Assembly (NCBI RefSeq): GCF_964355755.1
Contig: NC_092674.1
Coordinates: 20,770,001 to 20,834,000 of the forward strand
Direction of reading: 5' to 3'
Source of the DNA: Antedon mediterranea
Lineage: Eukaryota; Animalia; Echinodermata
Length of the DNA stretch: 64,000 nucleotides
Part shown: positions 36,501 through 47,346 of the stretch, in pieces
How the letters are laid out: every line of letters starts with the position of its first letter
How positions within the stretch are numbered: the stretch's first letter is position 1
The notes under the pieces: model-generated
Told to the model about the DNA's origin: nothing
What the model saw: the letters and a program-made list of their open reading frames with translations, nothing else
Databases searched by the model: none
Translations under genes and position numbers: made by a program

Positions 36501-39150
36501 GAGAAACACTTTTATATATATTCCACTCAGTAACGAAATATTTGTTTCATGTTTTATAGGCCTATAAATAATATACCACTAAATACAGTAAAACATTTGC
36601 GATTTAATACTTCGTTAAAACTCTCACTGTCATAGTAGATTGAAATAGTAAAGTACATGTAACGATACACCACTACGACGTTTATATTTGTTGTAATTAT
36701 TGTTAAAAACATTGAAAAGCAACTGTCAGTAATAAAGTTTATTTGTATTATTATGTGTTTATATCTAACATTTGTACCCACACTCACAGTAATAAAGTTT
36801 ATTTGTATATGTGTTTATAATTATACAGTATCTAACAGTACCCACACTCACAGTAAGAAATTTGCGGTTCAAGTGGCGACCAAAAATGGTTGATACGTAC
36901 AGTATTGTCAAAGTATTGCAATACTATATCTAAAGGTTTTAAGTTTATCCCCCGGCCCCCAAGGGCCAATAAATTTACCTATTTGTGTTAAACCAAATAA
37001 TTATACAGGGAGACTGCGAGATTGGAATGTTCCATTCATCGCAAGTCAATACATTTGTATAAACGTATATTACATCTATAAAAATAGTATTTTTTTAAAA
37101 AAAATCTGCCTGTCTTCAACATTATGACGCAGTACTCGAGCTGTTCAACTGGTTTTCAGCTATTAAAAACAATTATCGTAGAAGGTTAAGGAGATAGATA
37201 AATGCGAAGCGTCCACGTATTGTGTGCGGGTTTTGTTCAAGATGGACATCCATTAGACAGTACGGTATACCACGATCGGAAAACACCAAACACCCCTGTT
37301 TGGGGCAAATTTTTGTACCTAAATTCGTTTTAATCGTAAATAACGAATTATCTAACTCAACTTAATTAGTAAACAGGCTTACGTTAGTTGGTTAAAAACA
37401 GTACCGAATGTATGAACCAATTTTATTTAACATCGAGTAAAAATTCTAGAAGTAACGCGCGATATACCGAATTTTGTCCTTACGTAAATTAATATATTTT
37501 ATAGATAATACACAGTAATTTAACTTTTTCGACGCCCCAGCTGAAGACCGCATCAGCCCTGATGGAACAGCTAAATGAACTCTTCTGTCTCTGTTAGAGA
37601 GTTTTTATCCATAAAAACCTTCCTTTTGATAAAATTGATTTTGTGTGTCTAGTCTAATTTAGTTTCACCAATTTTACCATTATAAACTAAACATTATATA
37701 CAGTATATAAAAATAAGCTTTTATACAAAATATATACGGTCCATACTGTACGATACCCTTTAAAACATTTAACATGAACTGGGTGGTAAAACAGGCAACC
37801 CGGGTGCGATTTTTTTTTTCGTACATAAGTTGGGGACCCCCTCATGAAAACGTCACAAAAGAAACATGAATAATTCATCAGTTAAATTTTCTTGTTCCGT
37901 GTGCACCCAAGCGTATAGCAACAAGAAGTGATTACACAAGTGCGGTACGATTCTAGTATAGGTCTAATCTCCGCTGTGTGGTTGCCGCGTGGGATTTCAT
38001 AAAAAAATAGCGGCGTTTTGTGTGGATTGTCGAAATAATCAGCCTTTAGTTTATGGTGTTTTTAATATAATTTATTACTAAACAATTACGTGTTAAAATT
38101 ATAGTTTCTATTAATACTATTAGGCCTAATTATTAGTCTCTAAAACCATGTCTATTCTAGTAGCAGCTATGTGTGGGTGTGTGTATGTGTGTTAGGTATG
38201 ACGACACAGTCAGAGTAATAAGTCAGTAAAATTAAACAATAAACATTACACAAAAATATATTTTTTATTCTCGTGGGTCTAATCTTCCCATCTCGTGTTC
38301 ATATACGCGCATTTTTAAAGTTCCTTTGGGTACATGCATATTGTTTGATAATAAAATAGCAGAATTAAAAAATTACAGTACACAAATTATAGACATTTTT
38401 TATTCTTGTGGGTCTAAGCTTTCTTTGGGCTATGTCCAATTACTACTTAGTTTAATGTCTTGCCTAGCTGTCGATTAGCCTCGGACACATTTTGCATAGT
38501 GGCGTGTGTGTGTGAAGAAGAGTGCGCGAAGGCAATCACGTGAATTTACCTAGAATCCTAGGCCTACTGTAGAAAGAATCGTATCGCAGTTGTTCGTGTA
38601 ATCACTTCTTGTTGCTATACGCTGCGCTTGGGTGCACGCGGAACAACAAATTTAACTGATGAATTATTCATGTTTATTTTGTGACGTTTCATGAGGGGTC
38701 CCCAACTTATGTACGAAAAAAAAAATTGCAACCCGGGTGGCAACATGGATAGCCGAATGGCAACAGACTGAGTGGTAAATTGTCGATGGTGGCAATTGAC
38801 CTAGGTGGCAAAATGCCTAAGTTGACAAAATGTCGGGTTTAATTGAACGGTGCTGATGTTTGTTACCCCTTTGTTCACCTCGGTTCCTGTCGTAGATAGA
38901 CGATACCGTTTAGTGGCAGCTCGTTAAGAAGTTGTGACATGCTGCATACAGATTGTGAAGCGCAGCGTCATGATAGACTTGGAAAACCCGCTATAGAGCA
39001 ATTGTATAGGCCTACAATGCGACATCACCAACAGCTTCAACCTAAACTATGATGGAATGTTAACAACGCAACCAACACTTACCGTCCTGGTCTGGGGTCA
39101 GATTCAATTATAACAAATGAAAGAAATAACACGGGTAACAACTTCATCAT
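3484..39150 (-). CDS. Multi-exon gene for a large (~2,400 aa) secreted or membrane mosaic protein: SP-EMI-EGF/cbEGF x8-CCP x2-EGF-unknown-coiled coil-Ig x2-Cys repeat
   Basis: Phase-compatible GT-AG exons read by eye: 39083-39150, 35030-35155, 34566-34660, 34177-34269, 33619-33741, 32747-32839, 32180-32296, 24076-24171, 23845-23958, 23132-23242, 22731-22853, 22349-22522, 21854-22030, 20403-21685, 20125-20275, 4687-8712, 4410-4574, 4029-4090, 3484-3569. The last exons and the 3' end are uncertain. Confidence 0.8.
4410..4574 (-). CDS. Host exon: ephrin-receptor-like (GCC2/GCC3-type) Cys repeat
   Basis: NCPPGSY...[21 protein letters not shown], with AG/GT boundaries. Continues [14 protein letters not shown] from the giant exon. 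Confidence 0.85.
4687..8712 (-). CDS. Host giant exon (4026 bp): coiled coils, Cys-rich segment, furin-like site, two I-set Ig domains
   Basis: Matches the 1349-aa ORF. Ig motifs [15 protein letters not shown]...SGTYSC and FTCQASARP...DGWYTC; RRRR site. In frame with exon 20125-20275. Confidence 0.9.
9386..14117 (+). CDS. AcademH transposase (DUF6589-like DDE), ~986 aa, 8 exons
   Basis: Exons 9386-9889, 10276-10452, 10766-11071, 11180-11414, 11679-12007, 12250-12375, 12560-12706 and 12981-14117 splice in frame. Motifs: [34 protein letters not shown]-terminal CxxC...CxxC and an internal C2H2 finger (CKFC...HEERVH). Confidence 0.88.
14871..17203 (-). CDS. RecQ-like superfamily 2 helicase of AcademH, ~606 aa, 3 exons
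   Basis: Exons 16946-17203, 16531-16736 and 14871-16227. Motifs: PTGSGKS (I), TPLLSLM (Ia), DESH (II), LTATA (III), [10 protein letters not shown] (V), QETGRAGRD (VI), and Zn domain CRR...CCDVC. Confidence 0.92.
20403..21685 (-). CDS. Host exon: EGF domain plus ~390 aa of unannotated extracellular region
   Basis: [11 protein letters not shown]...[15 protein letters not shown], continuing as ORF 20373-21584. Confidence 0.85.
21854..22522 (-). CDS. Two host exons encoding sushi/CCP domains (22349-22522, 21854-22030)
   Basis: C...[32 protein letters not shown] and [10 protein letters not shown]...CSFGCDSGY...[14 protein letters not shown]; phase-1 introns. Confidence 0.9.
22731..24171 (-). CDS. 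Four host EGF/cbEGF exons (24076-24171, 23845-23958, 23132-23242, 22731-22853)
   Basis: DIDEC starts, six-Cys spacing and phase-1 AG/GT boundaries. Confidence 0.88.
25763..26166 (-). repeat. 3' LTR
   Basis: Direct repeat of 31386-31789 with about 4 substitutions; adjacent to the PPT. Confidence 0.95.
26267..30880 (-). pseudogene. gag-pol single reading frame with three in-frame stops
   Basis: CCHC knuckle [14 protein letters not shown], protease LRDSGC, integrase HHCC plus D-D-E, RT YIDD, and RNase H TDAS...ADGLSR. The two ORFs are in the same frame across a TGA at 28616-28618. Two more stops lie between 30880 and 30727. Confidence 0.9.
31386..31789 (-). repeat. 5' LTR
   Basis: Direct repeat of 25763-26166; the PBS lies immediately inside (31372-31385). 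Confidence 0.95.
32180..34269 (-). CDS. Four host exons alternating EGF and cbEGF (34177-34269, 33619-33741, 32747-32839, 32180-32296)
   Basis: [21 protein letters not shown]; [12 protein letters not shown]; [12 protein letters not shown]; [11 protein letters not shown]. Phase-1 introns. Confidence 0.88.
32897..33517 (+). mobile_element. HINE/DINE-like Helentron non-autonomous element
   Basis: 5' ACCTCCGCC-AA-GGAGGT, then a (GT)n microsatellite, 3' GGCGGAGGT, hairpin GTACTC-TTA-GAGTAC and a CTAGT end. Confidence 0.8.
33301..33368 (-). pseudogene. tRNA-derived (Glu-CTC-like) remnant or SINE head inside the HINE
   Basis: Minus strand reads TGGTGTAATGGTTA (A box) ... CTCTCAC loop ... GGTTCAAGTTCC (B box). 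The stems are imperfect. Confidence 0.55.
34566..35155 (-). CDS. Two host exons encoding an EMI domain (35030-35155, 34566-34660)
   Basis: ENVC...[17 protein letters not shown]...YFCCDGW...GC follows the EMI consensus (NVC, YR, CCxGW). Confidence 0.8.
37798..38738. mobile_element. Non-autonomous DNA element with ~145-bp TIRs and 4-bp TSD GGCA
   Basis: ACCCGGG...CGTACATAAGTTGGG...AAGAAGTGATTACAC is inverted at 38595-38738. GGCA flanks it at 37794-37797 and 38739-38742. Confidence 0.8.
39083..39150 (-). CDS. Signal-peptide exon A of the host gene ([23 protein letters not shown])
   Basis: ATG, hydrophobic core, and a CG|GTAAGT phase-2 donor matching the EMI exon acceptor. Confidence 0.7.
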
Positions 39151-39176
39151 CAAATTCTTCTTGAGTTGGTCCCTCG

Positions 39177-42100
39177 TAGGGAGCCAATTGTGGTGTCAAA
39201 TTGTTCACAATATATATGTTTATACTTGCCATAATGCAACATTTTTTTCAAAAAGTGACTGAAACCCATTTTTTCTGTACTTTTAACCTCTGACCTGTTT
39301 TTCTCATCTAAATAATGACATGCCAAAGATATTTTTATTAAATCTAATGGATTATACTGTTTGAAATATACAACGTGTGATTATTGCTTTGAAATCCTGT
39401 ACATAAAAGCCTATCGGGATGGATGGCAATAGTGAAGAAGAAGAATGGCCAGAAGTTATTGGACAACATAATACAGTGTTAATGTGTCACAAAAATTTGG
39501 TCTGCAGACGTGACCAACTTTAGATTTATTGAGTAATTTTCTCACATGGACCAATGCAAGGGACCCACAGTTCGATCGATATAATTCGATGACCAAGAGT
39601 ACCCAAAAGGTTAATTTGGGCAAATCGATATGTGTTCCTTAAGCTTTTTGCCATATGGGTGAATCCAATATAAGACAAGCAGTTTCATCCATGTATCTCC
39701 AATAAACGGCATGTATAGCTCATAGAGAATCTAGAAGTTACCATTGGTTCATTTTGGCAAATCCATATGGGTTCCTTAAGGATCGAGGGTGCACAGACAG
39801 GATTTTCCCATGGCTTAATCTTGGAACCCCTATAGTTTTAGTTACGCGATATATTTCTAATACAGGGCCTTATGTAGCAAAATGCATTGATCCGATACAG
39901 GGGCCAAATGTAGAACTGAAAATACAGTAAATGACCTGCTGTGTTTTATTTTAGGCACTCCATATGGGTTCCTTAAGGATCGAGAGTGTACAGCCAGCTT
40001 TATTCCATGGGCCTGTCTATATGAACCCATATTGTCACCCCTTATATTTCCATTATGGGGCTTAATGTTCATCCATGGAGGACCGGCCCTTGTGTAATTT
40101 GGGCAAATCCATAAATGTTCCTCAAGGATCGAGGGTGCACATGGAGATTTATTCCATGAAAATATCTCTATGAACCCACATTTTCACCGCACATACAGTA
40201 TTTCTAATATAGGGTCTCGTGTAGCCTCACATATAGAAGGATCCGGGTTCATTTGGGAAAATCCACAAATGTTCTTTAAAGATCAAGGGTGCACATTTAG
40301 TTTTATTCCATAGTTCATCTATGAACTATTTACCCCATATTAATTTCTAATACAGGGCCTTATGTAGCACAAAAGAGTCCTTAGAGGGTTCATTCGGGTA
40401 AATCCATATGGGTTATTTTAGAATCTTTTTCCTGTATGGGCCAGCCTATTTCCATTACAGAGCCAGTATGGCACATAGAGAACAGAAAAGATCCAATCCC
40501 ATATGGCGTGAGATTATTCGGGAAAACTTTATAGGTTCCTTAATATGTAGAAGGCATCCTTTCCTGTACATAATTATTTTCGATGTGGGCTTTTCATACA
40601 GTACCAAAGTGTTACAATCAATACCCACCCAATACAACTCCCACCCCCTCCCACTTTGAATTAAAATCCATCAATGGGTTCTATGTATAGTATTTCAAAG
40701 TCACTAATCACACAAGTTCAAACATTATAATTCATTAGAGTGAATATAAGTACGGTATATAAGATCTATTATTATAAACAATGTGCGCCTTCCCAACTGG
40801 TCAAATGGTAATACACAAAAAATACATGTTCCGGTCACTTTTGGAAAAAATGTTGCACTATGACAAGTATACTTACTAACGTTACTCCTATGAAGGTTCT
40901 CCAGATGGTTCTATCTGTCATGGTTGTTGAAAGCTCTTCTGCTTTAAGTCCAGTGTCCTTAATTAGAGTGTCTAGGTAGGAGGTTGTAGGACGCCCTGGA
41001 TTCCGATGTCCATGTTGTGGTCTCCGTAGAATGAGGTTTGAGATGATTTCCTCTCTGCTTCGGAAACAGTGCCCCGCAAATCTCAATCGTCTCTCTTTGA
41101 TTTTCTCTGAGATAGGAGGGCGATCACCATATAGCTCTTTGTTGGTCAACCTTTCTTTCCAGCTGATATTGAAAGCAAATCTCAGCATCCTGGTGTAGCA
41201 ACCATCAAGTGATTTCCAGATTTGTCTGGTAATTGTCCAGGTTTCTGATCCATAAAGGAGTACACTTTCAACTGTAGCTTGGAACAAGCGTTGTTTGATC
41301 TTCCTTGGTAGATTTGACTTCCATATTTTGGAAAGGACATTGGAGGATTTCCAGGCAAGTGCCTTGCGTACATTGATATCATGCTGGGTACTACCAATCC
41401 ATGACCCGAGATTGGTCACAGATTCGTTGGTCACAGACTGTCGTCAATGATGAATAATTCAGCATTCTGGTCTTGGTTGAAGAGAATGCACTTTGTTTTG
41501 CTAGCATGAGTAAGTCCAATATCATCCGCAAAGTCAAGGTCTGTTACTAACTTTGGCCCAATTCTACGGGTTTGCCGAGGTTTGATAGTAAACCTCAGTT
41601 CTTCGTCCCTACCACAGGTGGCTGTCCTGAGGCAGTAGTCCAGGGTTATTATAAATAAATACGGGGCAAGAGTATCTTCCTGTAGTACACTAGCAAGGAT
41701 TTGAAAAAGCTTGGTCTCGCCATCAGGGGTAATGAATTTGGCTTGTGTGTTGCAGTATGTGTCTTCAATGGCATCAATGATGATTTTTTGGGTGTATTTT
41801 CAGCATCTTTCCTCTGTGTATGGTATCGAATATCTTCTTGAAGTCTATGAAGGTAATAACAGCACTGAGATTATTGGAAGTAATTTCTTCAATGATCCGT
41901 CGAAGGGCTAGAATATGTGATACAGTTGATCTGCCCTTCCTGAATCAATTTTGATTTGTCCTCAGTAGATTATCAATGTGTTTTCTAAGCCTCTTTAAGA
42001 TCATCCTGTTTAGACAGATGCCTCTATAGTTGCCAGCCTGACTTAGGTCTCCTGATTTTGGCACAGGGATTAGATTTAGTACAGACCACTGGTCAGGTTT

Positions 42101-43671
42101 CTGTCTCTCTATTAATGTCCTATTGCAAAACTCAAGGATGATGTCATCCATGTCACATTTGGCAAGAAGTTCTGGGGGGATGCAGTCATCTCCAACGCCT
42201 TTTCCATTCTTTATGGACTTTTTGGCTTTCTGGTAGGCCTACTCCTCATTATCAAACTCATCAAAGCTCTTCAAAGATTGGTGGTATTTCTTCATTTTCC
42301 TTTGTCACCATTGGTGGATTTCCTAACAGTTTCTTGATGTGAGTGTACCAATTCTCAATTCTTTCTCCCTTGGACTTTCCTTTCAGTTGTCCTCCTCTTG
42401 ACCATTTTTTCCCACTGACTTCATTTATTAATTTTCACGTCATTTTTCTGTATTTTTGGGAGCAATTTTTCAGCAGTTGCTTTGTTAGCTATTATCAGGT
42501 TTCCATATTTGGCAGTGGAGCTATTGTCCTCACATATATCACTGTAAGCTCAGTCTAATTTTGGTGTTCACAATCCTGTGATTAGATCCAGTAGACGCAA
42601 ACGAGTTATAAGCTTGTGAGTCCATCACGCTATTCAGCCACTTTCTCCTGGTCAAGATGTAGTCAAGTTGCACCTTATACCCACTCGGCAGTATGCAGGT
42701 CCAACGCTTAGATTCCTTCTTCTGAAATCTGATATTGGTTACAAAGAGTTTTCCACAGCAAAGTCATAAAGTAGTTTTCCCCGATCTCGCATTAAAGTCT
42801 CCTATTACTCCAAGGAAATTGTGAGGAGGGACATACTTTGTAGTAGTATTAAGTTCGCTGTAGAATTGTTCTACTTCTTCTTCGTCAGATGTAGTTGTAA
42901 GAGAGTATGCAGCGATGACAGTACTTTCTGGATTTCCACTAAATGTTGCTTTGATTATTCTTGTACTTTCACAGGTTATGGAGGTCAGTTCTTTGCAGAT
43001 GGGCTCAACAGAATTCCTACTCCCCCAACTGCAGCTCCAGCTCATCTGTGATGTGTTGAAATCCTTCAATGAGATTGTCATACCTTAGCTGTTCATCTGT
43101 ATACACTATCCTATGTTTCTGGATGCCAAGCACATCAATGTTATACTTCTGTGCAAGAATACACAGCTCTAGTTGCTTGTTCAGGCTTCTAATAGTTCTG
43201 GTGTTCAATGTTGCAATGTTCACAGTCTTCTTACATTTTAAAAGACTTGGTTTCCTGAAGCGTTTTCCTCTATCAGTTACTACCCGTCCATCTGGCTTTA
43301 AGGCACTAACGTCATAATTTTCACTATGTAGTGAGGGGGGTATCAGCACCAGCTAAATTGTCAGGGACTTTAACCCTGGTGTAATTAACCAACACTAACA
43401 ATATTTTCCCCCAGAGCTCCGTCAGTTAATGCAGCTGCGAAGCCAGACTATCCAGGTGGCACGCGGCTGAGCTATACTACTACTGCACTACATCTCAACC
43501 TTCTAGGACGTGGGGTTGGGTACTGTACGATAGACGATTAGGGACAGATAGATTGATGGAGTTGCCAATGTACCTAACATACGTTGAAGTTTACCACCCA
43601 AACAACAAGTTTGGGTGGTAAAGTATAAACATATATATTGTGAACAATTTGACACCAGAATTAGCTCCCTA
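39177..43671. mobile_element. TIR element (TAGGGAGC... ~50-bp TIR) with internal degenerate repeats, interrupted by an RTE LINE
   Basis: TAGGGAGCCAATTGTGGTGTCAAATTGTTCACAATATATATGTTTATACTT is inverted at 43621-43671. Internal repeats GGCAAATCCATATGGGTTCCTTAAGGATCGAG at ~39600-40550. No TSD found. Confidence 0.65.
40880..43590 (-). mobile_element. Degenerate RTE-clade LINE (APE endonuclease plus RT)
   Basis: IATLNTRT and GDFNAR (APE); PVPKSGDLSQAGNYRGI; DFADD near 41525; ESVLLYGSETW and RLRFAGH. Many frameshifts and stops. Confidence 0.9.
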
Positions 43672-44497
43672 TGACAAATATTTATTAATGTATGTTATTA
43701 TAATATAGACTAAACTTATTAAATTATGTCAAAGGTCAATGACCACACTTTCGGTCATTTTCAAGCAATATCATCTGTTAAACAGTATATAAATGTATAT
43801 CTTGGTAACAATTTGTTCCTAGTGTAAGAGCTAATATAAACATAAAACATTGTGAACAATTTGACACCAAAATTATCTCACTACCTCCAGTATTCCAGAG
43901 ATATAGCATATCATGAAATAGCGGCAATTTTGTTTATGCTAATTATGCAAATTGCTCAATGCTGACAGCCGTCCAGTAAAAAAATTCTTCATATCGAGAA
44001 TCAAAATACATAAAAAAAAACTATAGAAAACATTGCAAGGTTAAATCCCTGGCTGTATTTTCATAGATGTTGGAAATTCCACTCCACAAAGACCTAGGCT
44101 ACGTCATTCTTTTTGACATTGGAATTTCACACTTTTTCCCATTACATTCAGATCACACACGAATATAGGACATTTACTGTAATCGGTAATTCACTCTTCC
44201 CTGCTGTAATTTAATTATAATTATACTGGTAATGTTTGGTGGATTTTTTATTTGCATATTTTATGTTTTTAATCGAGTCCACACCACGTAACCTAAAGTT
44301 ACTAATTATTGAGACGCGGAGATAATCATTTATATTAATCTTCAAGTCTTGTATTAATCCTGTTTTCTTTTGTTGTTAAATTATTTATTTTAATAAAAAA
44401 TTAATTAATCTTTAAATTGTAGGCCTACACTTTCAAAGGCATTTTCCTGCCGACAAGCGCCTTGAGGAGCATACAAAACACAATATTAATCACTTAC

Positions 44498-44574
44498 CGT
44501 CCTTGTCTTGGGACAGACTCAGTAGAATCAGCAAATAAAAGAAATAATAGTACAGGAAACAATAACTTCGTCAT
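44498..44574 (-). CDS. Signal-peptide exon B1 (MTKLLFPVLLFLLFADSTESVPRQGR)
   Basis: Homologous to exon A, with the same GGACG|GTAAGTG phase-2 donor. Confidence 0.7.
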
Positions 44575-44731
44575 TCTGTAGCTCTTTGTGATAATTCTAG
44601 TGACGTTTTAATACAAGAGACTAGAGGCTCACTTACTTGTATTAGATTGAAGCTAACAATAACATGACGACGCATATTATTATTGTATATTGGAAATTCC
44701 CCAAGTCTTCGCATATCTGGGGCGGATCCAG

Positions 44732-47346
44732 TGGCCGTATTCACCAATCTCACTTAGGCTAAGGGAAATACTTACCCTTAAAATTTAAGAATTCCCTTAA
44801 CAAAGGGAAACACTTAAGGGGTATTCACAAATGAGTTAAGGGATTCACTTACCTAAGGAAAACACTTAATGTAAGGGTAAAACTTAAGGGTAAAAATAAT
44901 CATAAATATTCATGAGTTATCCCATTGTCCAATCACAGAGGATTTAATTCCCCTATGGTCCAATCACTTTCCTCTCTAAAACTAATTTGCATATTTAAAA
45001 AATGAGTAAGGGGTTGGGGGGACGGGGAGGATGAAGAGAAAAGTGTATAGACGATGGCAGTCAAAACAAAAACAAGTAGGCCTAAATGAATATTAAACCT
45101 AGACTAATTTGTATGAGGATCAAGAAAAATAGGTCTAGCCTAGATGCTACTCTAACAAACCAACATTCTGTGTAGGCCTAAACCTGTCTGTATTGAGTCA
45201 CATCCTAGGCTGGTTACTGGACAGACCAACAGGGGGCCTAGCTAGCGTCTCTACCTAGCCTACTAGAATGGGGCTAATTTCTATTACAACGAAATGGGAA
45301 GCCATCTTCCACAAAAATAATGGCAGTCAAAACAAAACAAATAAATCAATATATAGGCATAGACTAATTTGTATGGGTGGGGATCAGCAGAAAAAGGTCT
45401 AGATGCTACTCAAACCAAACATGAATCCTAGGCCGGTTAGTGGGCAGACCAACAGGGGGCCTAGCATCTCTACCTAGCCTAGACTGGGGCCATCTACAAG
45501 TAGGCATAGTACTCGCACATACAGAATCGTCAGCACAACCAAGGTACTGAATAGTTAAGGGAACTTTTAAGGGACCTCTGAGGTCCCTTAAAAGTTAAGG
45601 GGAAAATAGACCAAGTTAAGGGTTAAATAGACCAAGTTAAGGGTAATTCCCTTAACCTTAAACCCTTTGTGAATACCACTTAAGTGAAACCCTTAATATT
45701 TTCTTGATTTAAGGGAAATCCTTAGGATTTAAGGCAGGGGTGGCGCCAGGATCTTCCCGACGCGGGGGCTACATTCCCCGACGAGGGGGCTATGCGAGCG
45801 AAGCGAGCATCACTAGGCTGAGGACCAGGGGCCGCCAAGGGCCCCCGGTGGGGGTCCAGGGGGCGAAGCCCCCGGAAGCAACGCGTTCTAGCGTCATTTG
45901 AGGTCTTTTTAATCAGATTTAGGGTAGCCATTTTTTCCATTTTTTATAATGCATAAATAAAATACTGCGTGCAAAAAAACGATGCGCGATTACTGTTTCA
46001 ATCCATATTTTTCAATTTAAAAAATAAAAGTTCAAAGAAAATTTAGAAAAATAGAGTTGGAGGTCCCGGAAATTGGACTTATTATACTTCAAAACATGAA
46101 ACAAAATATATAAGTCCCTATCATGGTTGTGACTGAGCTAAGAAATGTTTGAAAAATAGAGATGTTAGGTCCCGGAAAATGCACTTCTTGTACTTCGAAA
46201 TATGACCAGCTTTATTGTTGGGGCTGAGCTAAGAAAATGTTTAAAACTAGAGCTGCAGGTCTTCAAAAAATTGCATTTTATACTTTGGAAACATCAGGCC
46301 TAGAAGCTTAAAAAACGCAAGCGTAGACCTTTTTTAGTCGGGGAAATAAGTTTATTCCTCCCAAGTGTATGCGTGCGTACCATCTGGACTTCCGAGTGGT
46401 GAGAAATTCATGACATACAGGACATTGAAAATGTAATAACTTAGCTATAATAAGATGTTGGCTAAGCGAAAATGGCATGTTTTTTTATTTAGTAATGGAT
46501 GAAAAATTTATTTTAGGTGCCCCACGGTACAGAAGGTTACTTGTAAATTAAAAAATTGGTGAACATACGAACAATTAACATAATTCGTTTTTGCTGTGTG
46601 TAGCGTACGTCGACGCAGTACACGACGTAACCGTCGGTAAACTTCGCCTGGAAAATAACTACAGTACACTTTTTGGTCCCTGAATGGAACATGATATCAC
46701 GCGTCTCGACCCAACGTTGAACGATTCGTACAAAGGGATACCGCCAGAAAAGTGCGAACCTAGCTATTGTTTAGTAGTAAGTTAGATCGCTGGCAATAAT
46801 GAATGCATATAAAGTGCATAATATCACTCTGACGTACTCTCACGGTCAATGAAACGTCGCGGTTTTCTTGGCGCTGAAGCTAGAGCTACGAAGTGAACGC
46901 GAACGCTTTTTACTGTAGATTATATTCCCCGACAAAAAGTACCCGTGTTCCCTTCGGTAACCATCGGTAAACTTCGCCTGGAAAATAACTACATTACACA
47001 TTTTGGTCCCTGGATGGAACTTGATATCACGCGTCTCGACCCAACGTTGAACGATTCGTACAAAGGGATACCGCCAGACAAGTGCGTACCTAGCTAATGT
47101 TTAGTAGTAAGTTAGATCGCTGGCAATAATGAATGTCAATGGAACGTCGTGGTTTTCTAGGCGCTGAAGCTGTATGAAGTGAACGCGAACGTTTTTTTAC
47201 TGTATATTATTATTCCCCGACAAAAAGTACCCGTGTTCCCCGACGAGGGGGGCTAGGCTCCCCGTAGCCCCCCCCCCCCCCCCCGCTGGCGCCACCACTG
47301 ATTTAAGGGAAATATCTCACTTAAGTGTGATTGGTGAATACGGCCA
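44732..47346. mobile_element. PIF/Harbinger-like non-autonomous element (3-bp TSD CAG)
   Basis: TIR TGGCCGTATTCACCAATC, TTAAGGG-rich subterminal repeats and CAG on both flanks. Second copy at 53217-55856. Confidence 0.8.
45735..47300. mobile_element. hAT-like non-autonomous element (8-bp TSD ATTTAAGG)
   Basis: TIR CAG(G/T)GGTGGCGCCAG; TSD at 45727-45734 and 47301-47308; internal ~300-bp direct repeat. Second copy at 54220-55810. Confidence 0.85.

Noticed and set aside
36725-36856. Short local duplication (also a ~29-bp direct repeat at ~58539 and ~58639)
   Set aside because: Ordinary slippage-type duplications with no further structure.
37538-37575. Hammerhead-like CTGAAGA plus stem
   Set aside because: It lacks the GAAA core and convincing stems I and III. 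The CTGATGA at ~17644 fails the same way.
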